Shown here: one piece after another, positions 30,402-40,379 of the stretch
Numbering within the stretch: the first letter of the stretch is position 1
How the letters are laid out: every line of letters begins with the position of its first letter
Source: Candidatus Parcubacteria bacterium
GTDB taxonomy: Bacteria; Patescibacteriota; Minisyncoccia; JAHIHE01; JAGLIN01
NCBI GenBank assembly: GCA_023132875.1
Contig: JAGLXN010000007.1
Coordinates: 1,262 to 65,261 of the forward strand
Direction: 5' to 3'
Length of the DNA stretch: 64,000 nt
Notes under the pieces: model-generated
The model's database searches: none
What the model saw: the letters and a program-made list of their open reading frames with translations, nothing else
Told to the model about the DNA's origin: nothing
Position numbers and translations under genes: made by a program

Positions 30402-32672
30402 TTATTTTTTCCCTGTTTTGTCCAGATTCAATGAAATAATTTTTGATACGCCATCATCGTGCATTGTAACTCCATACAGAACTCCCGCTTGCTGCATCAT
30501 TTCCCGATTGTGAGTTATCATAATAAATTGAGTTTTTGAAGAAATATCTTTTATGATATCAGACAAATGAGCAGAATTTGCTTCATCAAGCGCTGCGTCA
30601 ATTTCGTCAAGAACTGAAAAAGGAGGAGGATTGTTAGAAATAATCGCAAATAAAATCGCAATTGAAGCAAGCGCTCTTTCACCTCCTGAAAGCATATCTA
30701 AACTGCTTATTTTTTTTCCCGGAGGAACCGCGTTAATTTCAATACCGGCAATTCTTTGCTGCTGTTCAATTTCTCCTATTGATTTTTCGCAGTTCTCTTC
30801 GTCTTCAGTATTTTCTTCTTCCTTTTCCTTAAGCACTGAATATTTTATAGACAAACCGGCTTTTCCGCCTCCAAAAATAATTTTGAAATATCTATCAAAC
30901 TCTTCATTAATTTTTTTAAAAGAACTCTTGAATATTTTCTCAATTTTTTCATCAAGCTCTTTTATTACTTCTCTTAACGAATTAGAAGCTTTTAAAAGAT
31001 CTTCTGATTGAGTTGAGAGAAATTCAAATCTGCTTTGAGTTTCCTCATATTCTTCAACTATAAGAGGATCAATTCCTCCGATTTGTTCAAGCTGGAATTT
31101 TAGTTTTCTAATTTTCGACCTGCATTCTTCCTGATTAAAATATTTTCCTTCTTGAATCTGCTCAATTTTTCCATCCTGAAGATTATCTATAAATTCATCA
31201 TTTTTAAACTCATCTTTGATTTCATTCAATAAATCCTCCTTGCGAACTTCAAATTTTGCCAGCTCAATATTTGTTTGATTTAAGTTGTCTTTAAATTTGT
31301 TTATTTCATCTTGTTTTATCTGCAATTCTTTTTCCAGTCTAAAAAATATTTGCCTTTTGTCCTGTTCTTTTTTATTAAGTTCATAAATTCTATTTTTAAT
31401 CTGATCATATTCTTTGTTATACTCATGAATTTTATCTAAAGTTACAGCCTCATCAGCTTTTAATTTTTTGAGATTATTATAATCAAATTTAGTTTTATTA
31501 TCAGACTGGCTTACCTTTCCTTCTTCAACTTCTTTTAAAAGATTCGCTACATTATTTTTTACTTTAATTCCCTCTTCGCGAATTGATTTAATATATTCTA
31601 AACTGCTTAGATTTTCTATCATACTAAGAAACTTACTGTATATAGAAATTATGCTAGAAAGTTTTTCTTTGACATATCCTAAATTTATAGGCAGATATTC
31701 TACGCTCTTTAGTTTTTCTTCTTTCTCTTTTTCGATTTGAATCCTGCCTTCTATTATAGAAAGGTTTTTTTGAAAATCATTTATAATCTCCTGCAAAGAA
31801 TCCGCCTCCTTTTGAAAATCGGCAAATTCCGCGGAATAGGTATCGTTGTTATTTTCATTTTTAGACAAATTGTTTTTTATTTCAGCTATCTCTTTAGAAT
31901 ATTCTTCAATGCTTTTTTCCAATTTTCCTCTTTGTGAATAATATTTTTTGTTATTTTGATTAAGGTTAAACCAGATATTTGAGAACAGTTTTTCTTGTTC
32001 TGCTTTCAATCCTTGCTCCACTTCGCCCCTTTTTTGGGCTCTTGATGCCTGTCTCCTAAGGGAAACTAGCCTTGGCTCAATTTCATTCAACAGATCTATT
32101 ACCCTCTGTAAATTTCTTCTTGTTGCTTCAAGCTTATTTAAGGTTTGCTGTTTCTTTATTTGAAATCTGCGAACGCCTGTAGCTTCTTCAAAAATAACCA
32201 TTCTTTCTGCCGGCGTTGCTGATAAAATTGAATCAGCCATTCCCTGATTTATAACGCAATACCCCCTCTGGCTTACTCCCGATCTCGCGAGCAAATCAAT
32301 TATATCAGAAAGTCTAACACGGCTTTTATTTATTAAATACTCGCTATCCCCATTTCTAAAAAGCTTTCTGGTTATGATAACTTCTTCATAATCAATTGGA
32401 ATTTTCTTATCGCTATTGTCTAAAAACAAAGAAACGACAGCGGCGCTCATTTTTGCCTTTTTGTCGCTTCCAGTAAAAATAACATCCTCGCCTTTTTTCC
32501 CGCGCAAACTTTTCATACTTTGCTCGCCTAGCACCCATTTTACGGCATCGGCAATATTTGATTTTCCAGAACCATTTGGCCCGACTATAGCGGTAACACC
32601 ACTTGGAAAATCCAAAACAGTCTTATTGGCAAAAGACTTAAATCCAGTTGTTTCAAGTTTTTTTAGATACAT
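30402..32672 (-). CDS. smc: SMC-family chromosome segregation ATPase (short, 756 aa)
   Basis: SMC N-terminal Walker A (GPNGSGKSN) and C-terminal signature/Walker B (LSGGERALASIA..LDEIDAALD) with a coiled-coil middle. Much shorter than canonical ~1180 aa SMC. Confidence 0.7.
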   Translation of the reverse strand: MYLKKLETTGFKSFANKTVLDFPSGVTAIVGPNGSGKSNIADAVKWVLGEQSMKSLRGKKGEDVIFTGSDKKAKMSAAVVSLFLDNSDKKIPIDYEEVIITRKLFRNGDSEYLINKSRVRLSDIIDLLARSGVSQRGYCVINQGMADSILSATPAERMVIFEEATGVRRFQIKKQQTLNKLEATRRNLQRVIDLLNEIEPRLVSLRRQASRAQKRGEVEQGLKAEQEKLFSNIWFNLNQNNKKYYSQRGKLEKSIEEYSKEIAEIKNNLSKNENNNDTYSAEFADFQKEADSLQEIINDFQKNLSIIEGRIQIEKEKEEKLKSVEYLPINLGYVKEKLSSIISIYSKFLSMIENLSSLEYIKSIREEGIKVKNNVANLLKEVEEGKVSQSDNKTKFDYNNLKKLKADEAVTLDKIHEYNKEYDQIKNRIYELNKKEQDKRQIFFRLEKELQIKQDEINKFKDNLNQTNIELAKFEVRKEDLLNEIKDEFKNDEFIDNLQDGKIEQIQEGKYFNQEECRSKIRKLKFQLEQIGGIDPLIVEEYEETQSRFEFLSTQSEDLLKASNSLREVIKELDEKIEKIFKSSFKKINEEFDRYFKIIFGGGKAGLSIKYSVLKEKEEENTEDEENCEKSIGEIEQQQRIAGIEINAVPPGKKISSLDMLSGGERALASIAILFAIISNNPPPFSVLDEIDAALDEANSAHLSDIIKDISSKTQFIMITHNREMMQQAGVLYGVTMHDDGVSKIISLNLDKTGKK

Positions 32673-32895
32673 TAAAAATAAGTTAAAAGTTCAAAGTTAT
32701 AAAGTTATACGAAAGTGAAATGCCTAATTTGAATTCTTATTGTTTTACAAATGTTTTTTTATTGTCAAATTGTCGAATTGCCAAAAACAAGTAAAACGCG
32801 TGACAATTTGACAGTTTGACACTGTGTTGATTCTTATTTATATTATCAATGAAATTAAGACTCAGGATACTTCACTTTTATACCAACCTTAGCCC

Positions 32896-33969
32896 CTATA
32901 ATTCCAACACTTTTACCAACTGCTTAATCATTGAAACTACAACAGGCGGCGCCATCAAACTATGAGATAAAATTCCATCTTCGTTAGAGATCGTCCATGG
33001 TTTTTCAATAATTTTTACTTTTTCATTTTTTTCATCCCATTCATAGCTATATTCAGGCGTAAGTTCATAATTATCAACGCAATCCTCCGTATCCTTTACG
33101 GGAACCGTATTCCTTAATAAAACCTTTGGCATTCCGTGAAGCGAATACGCTTTTTCCATTAATTCTCCATCTAATTTCAATCTTTTTTTAATTGGTTCTA
33201 TGCCAAACTCATCGCCTTCTTTTCTAACCATTCTCACCTTCTGGCACTCAGGATTATCGCAAAGAAAGAAAAATTCTTTTTTTTCTTTGTCATATTTAAT
33301 ATTATCTTCTTTAACCGGCAATAGTTTTAAATTTCTCGGGGTATTGCATTTTGGGCAAATCAGCCGCCATTTAATTCTTTCATCAAGCACATTCTCTGGA
33401 ACATTGATTAGAATAAAAATATCCGCGTCATATCTATACCCGGCAAGATCCCTAAAAAACAAAGAATAAGAGATTTGATCAAGCCCCCTTGGAAAACCGT
33501 CTATAAAAAGAGTTTTCTTTTTAAGTTGGTCTATTTTTCTTTTAACAAGCGTCAGAACAAATTCTGTCGGCAAAAGAATTTTTGTATTTCTATCAGCAAA
33601 TGATCCTAAAACTTCGTCTATAGAAACAAATCCCCTGTAGTTTTTTCTCAAATATTTTTCTATTTCTTCTCTTTTATTTTTATCTTGCATTTCCTCTTCA
33701 ACTTCTCTGACCATATCCCCGATTGAAATATGCTTTATATATTCCTTTCCTATAACCTCGCTAAACATTTTTGAATAAGTCCCCTTCCCGGCATTTTTCT
33801 TTCCTAAAAGATAAGCGATAAAACTTCCATCTTTTTTGAAAAATGTTCTTAGCTTCTCAATTTCTTTTCCGGCTTTAGCCTCAAAATATTTTTCTCTCTC
33901 CGCTGGATCCGATAAATCAAACTTTTGATTAACTCCCTCCATTTTTGTCTTACAAATTGGAACTTCCAT
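32896..33969 (-). CDS. adenylate kinase family protein with C-terminal extension
   Basis: GKKNAGKGT P-loop, GDMVRE, LFIDGFPR, and the lid Zn motif RLICPKCN...CDNPEC. About 110 extra C-terminal residues. Confidence 0.55.
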   Translation of the reverse strand: MEVPICKTKMEGVNQKFDLSDPAEREKYFEAKAGKEIEKLRTFFKKDGSFIAYLLGKKNAGKGTYSKMFSEVIGKEYIKHISIGDMVREVEEEMQDKNKREEIEKYLRKNYRGFVSIDEVLGSFADRNTKILLPTEFVLTLVKRKIDQLKKKTLFIDGFPRGLDQISYSLFFRDLAGYRYDADIFILINVPENVLDERIKWRLICPKCNTPRNLKLLPVKEDNIKYDKEKKEFFFLCDNPECQKVRMVRKEGDEFGIEPIKKRLKLDGELMEKAYSLHGMPKVLLRNTVPVKDTEDCVDNYELTPEYSYEWDEKNEKVKIIEKPWTISNEDGILSHSLMAPPVVVSMIKQLVKVLEL

Positions 33970-34104
33970 ACTTTTTAAAATTATTTAATTATAGTATCTT
34001 TATATCATAATTTTCCAATTTTTGCAATTGAACGCGATATAATGAACGCGATATAAAATAATTACTAGATAAAAATCAAAAGCTCCTATTCAGCAATTCA
34101 AAAA

Positions 34105-34145
34105 CTATAACCTCTTTCTGACGACCGTCAGAAAGAGGTTATAGG
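34105..34145 (-). terminator. intrinsic terminator of the MBL-domain gene
   Basis: ctataacctctttctgacg/cgtcagaaagaggttatag is a ~19-bp stem followed by a T-run on the minus strand. Confidence 0.7.
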
Positions 34146-34172
34146 CGCTATTTTTGAAAAAACTAGAAATTT

Positions 34173-35078
34173 TTATTCAAAAATCACATCTCCCATCCTA
34201 TCTGTTCTGAAAATTTCAATGCTCATATTTCTCAAACGATTTAAAAGTTCTTTCGCGGGATGTCCATAATTGTTTTTACCAGAAGAAATAATTGCTTTTT
34301 CTGGCTTTACAGCTTTTAAAAATTCGTTTGAAGTCGCGTATTTGCTTCCATGATGCGATGCTTTTAAAATTTTTGATTCTACATTAATATTTTTATCAAG
34401 CAGTTCTTTTTCAACTGGAAAACCAGCGTCTCCAGTTAATAAATAAGAATTATTAAATTTGTCATCCTGTCCGCTAGCCGGCAGATTCAGGATCTTTTGA
34501 TTTTTATCGCCATTCTCTCCTACATTAGATAAATTTTTATTAATAACCAGTTTTAATACTATGGACGCGTCATTGCTATTTTTAACTTCTTTGCTTTCTA
34601 AGCTCTCAAAAGGATATAAAACAGCCATTTCTACATTTCCTGCTTTTATCCTCTGCCCGAACTGAGCGTATTTTACGGAAATATTTTTTTCTTTAATTAA
34701 TTTATCCCATTCTTTACAAATCGCTTTTTCACATTCTATGCCTGTTTCTAAAACCCGTCCTACTTCATAGTATTTTAAAACCTCAACCAACCCGCCCATA
34801 TGGTCTTTGTCTGGATGAGTCATAATTACAAGTTCAATTTTGCGGTCATAAAACGGCATATATTCTCCAAGTTTCTCTAAAATATTCTTTCCATCTCCTC
34901 CATCTATTAAAATCTGCATATCATTTCCAACATCTATTAACGCCGCATCTCCTTGTCCAACATCAAGAAAAATCACTCTTGGTGTTTGAATTGGTTTTTG
35001 CTGATAAAAAGCAACAACTGCGAGAATATTGAAGAGAAATAAAAATATTAGGATTATATAGAGATATTTTTTGGACAT
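34173..35078 (-). CDS. ComEC-type metallo-beta-lactamase domain protein (stand-alone, TM-anchored)
   Basis: VIFLDVGQGDAALID...HPDKDHMGG is the ComEC C-terminal MBL motif. It has its own N-terminal TM helix. Confidence 0.75.
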   Translation of the reverse strand: MSKKYLYIILIFLFLFNILAVVAFYQQKPIQTPRVIFLDVGQGDAALIDVGNDMQILIDGGDGKNILEKLGEYMPFYDRKIELVIMTHPDKDHMGGLVEVLKYYEVGRVLETGIECEKAICKEWDKLIKEKNISVKYAQFGQRIKAGNVEMAVLYPFESLESKEVKNSNDASIVLKLVINKNLSNVGENGDKNQKILNLPASGQDDKFNNSYLLTGDAGFPVEKELLDKNINVESKILKASHHGSKYATSNEFLKAVKPEKAIISSGKNNYGHPAKELLNRLRNMSIEIFRTDRMGDVIFE

Positions 35079-35112
35079 ATGATATTTCTATGTTATTTTA
35101 ATTAATAATTTT

Positions 35113-35682
35113 TTACAATTCAATTCCATCAACCAGCTCCTCATAATTTAAACTTGTATATTTCCAATTCTCTGGCAATTTATGTTTTTGAAAATTATAT
35201 ATTGTATAATGGTAATGGTTTTTAAAATCTTTCGCGTCTCTTATTATGTGGTCATAAAATGATTTTTGCCATTTGAATTTTGGGATTAAAGTTTGATTTT
35301 GTACGTGTTTTTGGATAAATTTGGTTTGATAATTTTTAATTAGATCCCGCATCCGAAGGCGACACGTCGACGTGTCGCCTTCGTTATGATTATTCATAAT
35401 AATATAATTTATATCCCTTGATATATTCTCTTTTAATGACCTCATTATTTTTGAAATATTAAATTCATTATTTGGATGAATCATTAAATTTAAATGATCA
35501 TAAATTATGCAAAACCCATATAATTTAAATTTCTTTACTTCTTTACATAATTTTAATTCTTCAACCAACAATTCGCAAAATATTAACTCTTTAAAATACG
35601 GAAAATTTTGAAATGTTTTTGTGACGATGAAATAAACATTATTATCTATAAAATCACGCTTTTGTGAATTGCGATGCTGCAT
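35113..35682 (-). mobile_element. REP-associated tyrosine transposase (RAYT / IS200-like Y1) family protein, HUH motif degenerate
   Basis: C-terminal KWQKSFYDHIIRD..NHYHYTIYN matches the RAYT WQ(R/K)x(Y/F)(Y/W)DHxIR...YIxxNP motif. The HUH position reads DHLNL. A REP-like palindrome lies inside the ORF. Confidence 0.55.
35352..35381. repeat. REP-like perfect palindrome cgaaggcgacacgtcgacgtgtcgccttcg
   Basis: 30-bp perfect palindrome, GC-rich, in frame within the RAYT gene. A related copy is at 62825..62851. Confidence 0.85.
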
Positions 35683-35686
35683 AATT

Positions 35687-37192
35687 TTATCTGAAATTAT
35701 TAATCTTTTTGTTAAAACTTATATATGCTTTTATCTGTGAATAATTAAATCCCAAAACCAAAACTGCATAATAAACAGCAATAAACAAAAAATTAAATTT
35801 CTCAAAACTAAAATATCCGAAATCAAGACTGGCAAACAATTTTATAATCTCAATTTGATAAGACAAAATCAGCCAGATTGGCCATGATAATATTTGCGCG
35901 ACGAACAAATTTACAAAACCAATAATAATAAGTAAAAGCCCTCCAAGCATAACGACCGGCACGAAAGGCAGAATTAGAACATTAGCAAAAACTGAAAACA
36001 AAGAAAAGCTTCCGAAACTGTTAATAATGATCGGCAGTGTTGCAATCTGCGCCGAAATGGTTATCAGAAACATTGTCTTGATCTTCAAACAATCGGGATA
36101 TTTTTTCAAATAAAAATCAAGTCTTGGATATATATAAATTATACCAAGCACTGCTAAAAATGAAAGCTGGAATCCGGTATCATATCGCAATAGATTCGGA
36201 TCATACAAAAGCATTAAAACTCCGGCAAAAACAACCGCGTTGCAGGCGCTATTAAGCCGTCCAACTTTTACCGCAAATAATATAAGCCCTCCCATTACAA
36301 ACGCACGTACTGCCGAAGATGGAAAACCGACGAGAGCGACAAAAAAAGCAATTCCTAAAATCGCAAAATAAAACGCGTAATTTCTTCTTAATCCAACAGC
36401 AAGCAATAGATACATAAATACGATCGATACGATCGTCATGTGAAGCCCTGAAATGGCTATAATGTGCCTTGTGCCGGTTTTATTGAAACTTTCCAGCGTC
36501 TTAGAGCTTATACTCGATTTTATCCCCAGTGTCATCGCGCTTACAATTCCTGCTTGCGGTTCTGGAAATATTTTTTTGATAATATTATTCGCGTATATTC
36601 TAAATTGTGAAATTTGAAAATTAATTCCCGCGTCATTTTTCTCCACTATTTCTATTTCTGGATAATACGCGATATAATAAATCCCTTTTGAGAAAAGATA
36701 ATCTCGGTAAGCAAAACCGTCAAAATCTTCTGGAATTTTTATCTTTCCCTTAAATCTAATTTTATCAGTAAAATTATATTCAGGATAGTGATCCGCGTAT
36801 ACAATAATTTTTCCATTAATATTACTGTTATTCTCAATATTCTTTATATTTTTAATCACTATTTTTTGCTTTTCATTTTTAATTTCTGGCGCTTGTAAAA
36901 TTTCTCCGCTTATTAGCGCTTCTTGATTATCTAAACTTTTTATTTCAGAAATCTTATTTTTGCTTAATTTTCCGCTTTCAATTCTTATAAAACCCAGTAA
37001 AATAAAAATGGCTAGCAATAATATTATTCTTGCATTTTTGTTATCCCGCAATAAAAAAACAAGCGAGATAAAAAATCCAGCTTCTAAAAATAAAATCCAA
37101 ATTTGAATTGAAAAATAAGAGCCTAAAAAAATCCCAGAAATAAACGCGGCACAAAACAACAAAAAATATTTTGACCTAGTCATTGATCTCAA
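35687..37192 (-). CDS. comEC: ComEC/Rec2 competence protein, membrane channel part
   Basis: DUF4131-like N-terminus plus the competence domain (HIIAISGLHMTIV...). It lacks the MBL domain, which is encoded separately downstream after the RAYT gene. Confidence 0.75.
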   Translation of the reverse strand: MRSMTRSKYFLLFCAAFISGIFLGSYFSIQIWILFLEAGFFISLVFLLRDNKNARIILLLAIFILLGFIRIESGKLSKNKISEIKSLDNQEALISGEILQAPEIKNEKQKIVIKNIKNIENNSNINGKIIVYADHYPEYNFTDKIRFKGKIKIPEDFDGFAYRDYLFSKGIYYIAYYPEIEIVEKNDAGINFQISQFRIYANNIIKKIFPEPQAGIVSAMTLGIKSSISSKTLESFNKTGTRHIIAISGLHMTIVSIVFMYLLLAVGLRRNYAFYFAILGIAFFVALVGFPSSAVRAFVMGGLILFAVKVGRLNSACNAVVFAGVLMLLYDPNLLRYDTGFQLSFLAVLGIIYIYPRLDFYLKKYPDCLKIKTMFLITISAQIATLPIIINSFGSFSLFSVFANVLILPFVPVVMLGGLLLIIIGFVNLFVAQILSWPIWLILSYQIEIIKLFASLDFGYFSFEKFNFLFIAVYYAVLVLGFNYSQIKAYISFNKKINNFR

Positions 37193-37445
37193 TTATTTTT
37201 TCCTTATTTTTCTCACCTTTAATAATACTAATTTTATTTTTACTAATATCTAATTCTTTAGATAATAATTTTATAAGCTCCGTGTTCGCTTTTCCATCAA
37301 CAGGAACAGCAGTAAGATAAATTTTAAAAAATGGCAATTCGTTGCCATTTTTATTTTTAAACCCAAGACCCGATTGATTTAAATTATCAATTCCTAAAAC
37401 TTCATTTTTTGAAGCTCTTGTTATAACTTTACATTTGAATTTCAT
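37176..37445 (-). CDS. yggU: YggU/DUF167 family protein
   Basis: VPVDGKANTELIKLLSKELDISKNKISIIKGEKNKEK matches UPF0235. Confidence 0.7.
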   Translation of the reverse strand: MKFKCKVITRASKNEVLGIDNLNQSGLGFKNKNGNELPFFKIYLTAVPVDGKANTELIKLLSKELDISKNKISIIKGEKNKEKIIEIND

Positions 37446-37470
37446 CTTTTTAAAATTGTAACTTTTAAAA

Positions 37471-37560
37471 TTAGTTTACTTAGTGTAATTATTAGTTGTT
37501 CTAGTGTTTTATCTATAAAACACTAAAGAAACTAACGCTCACACTAAAAAAACTAAAACG
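37471..37560. repeat. nested inverted-repeat element, subfamily B
   Basis: ttagtttacttagtgtaattattagtt...cactaaagaaactaacgctcacactaaaaaaactaaaacg. Its tail matches the 25475..25560 copy. Confidence 0.75.
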
Positions 37561-37576
37561 CAATCTACAACAAATC

Positions 37577-38299
37577 TCAATCCAACACCACTACATTTTT
37601 ACAATATTTCTTTAACTTCTTAGACATTTTTTCTAGTTCTTCTTTTTCGTAAGGTTTTACATTTTCAAAACTATTGTGTAAAGTTTTTTCTGATCTGAAA
37701 TTCTGGATTGAATAACGAAATAATTTTGGAAAAATATTTTTACTAATTCTATTTATCCAATTTATCATCTCATCAAAATCTTCCTGATTGACATATCCAG
37801 GCACAACCGTTGTTCGAAGTTCTAATTTACTTTCACTGTCTGTAATCAAGCTTATACTTTTTTCTATATTTTCTATAATATCATCTTTTTTCGTCATAGT
37901 CTTATATTTTTCCGGAGTTGTTTTTATGTCTATTGCCCAATAATCAACCAAATTATCCTTTACCAAATCAGAAACAACGCTAAAATGAGATCCATTAGTA
38001 TCAACTTTCACCAAAAATCTCATCTCTTTTATTTTTTTTATAAATTCTTTCAAACCAAGCTGTAAAGTCGGCTCTCCACCCGTAATACAAACTCCATCCA
38101 AGTCCCCTTTTCTTAATTCTAAAAATTCTAATATTTCTTTCTCCTTTATTTTATTTTCATAATCAATTAATTTTACATCCACCAATTCAGGATTATGACA
38201 AAACGGACAACGAAAATTACATCCCATAGTAAAAACAACCGCGGCAATTCTCCCCGGATAATCTAACATTGTAAATTTTTGAAATCCACCGATAAACAT
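37577..38299 (-). CDS. nrdG: anaerobic ribonucleoside-triphosphate reductase activating protein
   Basis: Radical-SAM CNFRCPFCHN, GGEP, and size typical of NrdG. Confidence 0.85.
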   Translation of the reverse strand: MFIGGFQKFTMLDYPGRIAAVVFTMGCNFRCPFCHNPELVDVKLIDYENKIKEKEILEFLELRKGDLDGVCITGGEPTLQLGLKEFIKKIKEMRFLVKVDTNGSHFSVVSDLVKDNLVDYWAIDIKTTPEKYKTMTKKDDIIENIEKSISLITDSESKLELRTTVVPGYVNQEDFDEMINWINRISKNIFPKLFRYSIQNFRSEKTLHNSFENVKPYEKEELEKMSKKLKKYCKNVVVLD

Positions 38300-38318
38300 A
38301 CAGCAAATTAATCATATT

Positions 38319-38420
38319 TATTTATTCGTGATTCGTGTTTATTCGTTTCACACTTGTATAAATTCGTTTTGGAACAAATTTATACGAATTGATTACGAAT
38401 TTTCACGAATCACGAATTAA
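38319..38420. repeat. imperfect ~100-bp inverted repeat built from ATTCGTG units
   Basis: tattcgtgattcgtgtttattcgtttcacacttgtataaattcgt ... acgaatttatacgaattgattacgaattttcacgaatcacgaat. It fills the whole nrdD-nrdG spacer. Confidence 0.8.
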
Positions 38421-38438
38421 ACGATTATTAGTGTTTAT

Positions 38439-40175
38439 TTATATCGCCGCTGTAATGATATCAGGATACTTTGCAACATCTTTTTTTGCCAGCCTGTATG
38501 AAGTTCCTTCTCCCGGAGTTGCTTCAAGATTATAAAGTCCTCCTGTTTCTTTCTGATATTCTATAATCCTGTCGCGCATAAATTCTAAAACTTCTTGGGC
38601 AAATTTGTTGCCTTTCTTAGTAGTAATATCCGTCTTTGGTCCGAGAAAATTCTGTAAAGATTCGTTCATTCCTATAATTCCAATAGTTGAGAAATGATTG
38701 CTCCAATATTCCCCTCTTTGAAGTTTTATATTAGCGAGAAAATGTTTTGAATATGGATATAAGCCTTTTTCCGTAAAATTTTCAAGGGTTTTCCTTTTGA
38801 TTTCCAAACTTTCTTTCGCAAGATCCATAACCCTTTCTAAATTATCATAGAAATTTTTCTTGCTTTTAGCTAAATATCCAATTCTTGGCAAGTTAATTGT
38901 TACAACTCCTATAGAGCCGGTAAGCGGATAAGCTCCAAATAATCCTCCTCCTCGCTTATAAAGCTCTCTATTATCAAGACGCAATCTACAGCACATTGAT
39001 CTGGCGTCTTCCGGCTTCATATCGCTATTCACATAATTTGCAAAATATGGAATACCATATTTTGCAGTCATTTCCCAAATCGGTTCAAGATCTGGATCAT
39101 CCCAATTGAAATCGTCTGTTATATTATATGTTGGAATGGGAAAAGTAAAAACTCTTCCAGAAGCGTCTCCTTCTAGCATAATTTCAGCAAAAGCTTTGTT
39201 CAAAAGGCTTATTTCGTTTGTAAAGTCTTTATATTGTTCTTTTTGAGGAACTCCGCCAATCATAACAGCTTCGTCCGCAAGAGTTGAAGGGACCGTCAAA
39301 TCCATAGTTATGTTTGTAAATGGTGTTTGAAATCCGACTCGCGTTGGAACATTCATATTAAATACAAATTCCTGAATGGCTTGCTTTATGTCACGATAAG
39401 CAAGCTGGTCGTATCTGATAAAAGGAGCAAGAAGAGTGTCAAAATTTGAAAAAGCCTGAGCGCCAGCAGCTTCTCCTTGAAGCGTATAGAAAAAATTTAC
39501 AATTTGCCCTAGCGCTGATTTAAAATGTTTTGGGGCTTTGCTCTCGCTCTTCCCGCTAACTCCTCCAAATCCTTGAGAAATTAAATCTTTTAAATCCCAC
39601 CCGCAGCAATAAACCGCGAGAAGTCCAAGATCGTGAATATGAAAATCACCTTTATTATATGCTTCTCTTATTTCTGGCGGATAAATTTTTTCAATCCAAT
39701 ATTTTGAAGTTATTACATTGGCTATATAATTATTCAAACCTTGCAATGAATAGGACATATTGCTATTTTCTTTGACCTGCCAATCAATTTCTTTTAAATA
39801 GTCATCAACAAGATCCACTGATTTTTTTAGAACATCATGGCTTTCTCTTAAAAGCCTATGCTGTTCCCTGTATATTATATAAGCTTTTGCCGTATCAATA
39901 TAATTTTCCCTAATCAAAAAGTTTTCAACAATATCTTGCACTTCTTCAACGGTAGGAATTTCCGCTTTTATTTTTCCTCCGCCATTCCTAACAGTAAATC
40001 TTTTATTTATTTCACAATCTACTTTCTTCGCCAATTCCTGCGCGTTGCGTTTATTTCCCTCGCCAGTAGCAGTTAACGCTTTATAAACCGCCTTAACAAC
40101 TTTGCCCTTTTCAAATTTCACAACCCTGCCATCTCTTTTTCTGATTTGTTTCACTTTTATTTTTTTTGAATTCAT
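38439..40175 (-). pseudogene. nrdD: class III anaerobic ribonucleotide reductase NrdD, C-terminally truncated (no Zn-ribbon/glycyl-radical domain)
   Basis: ATP-cone N-terminus and the finger-loop SMCCRLRLD are present. The ORF stops after ...YRLAKKDVAKYPDIITAAI at 578 aa, and no C-terminal C4 zinc ribbon or RVxGY glycine-radical motif follows. The downstream 140 bp is repeat DNA. Confidence 0.6.
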
Positions 40176-40379
40176 TATATCTTCTCATTAATATGTTTAA
40201 AATAAAGCCTTAATCTATTACTTAAGTCAAACAAAAAACTGCCTTAAAACTGCCGTATTACTTCTATCATACAATAACAATTTAGCAATTTAGCAATTTA
40301 GCAATTTAAACATCCAGAAATTTCATAAATCTTCTTATCAAAAAATCTATTCTTTGCAAGACTTAATTTTTAATGTCAA

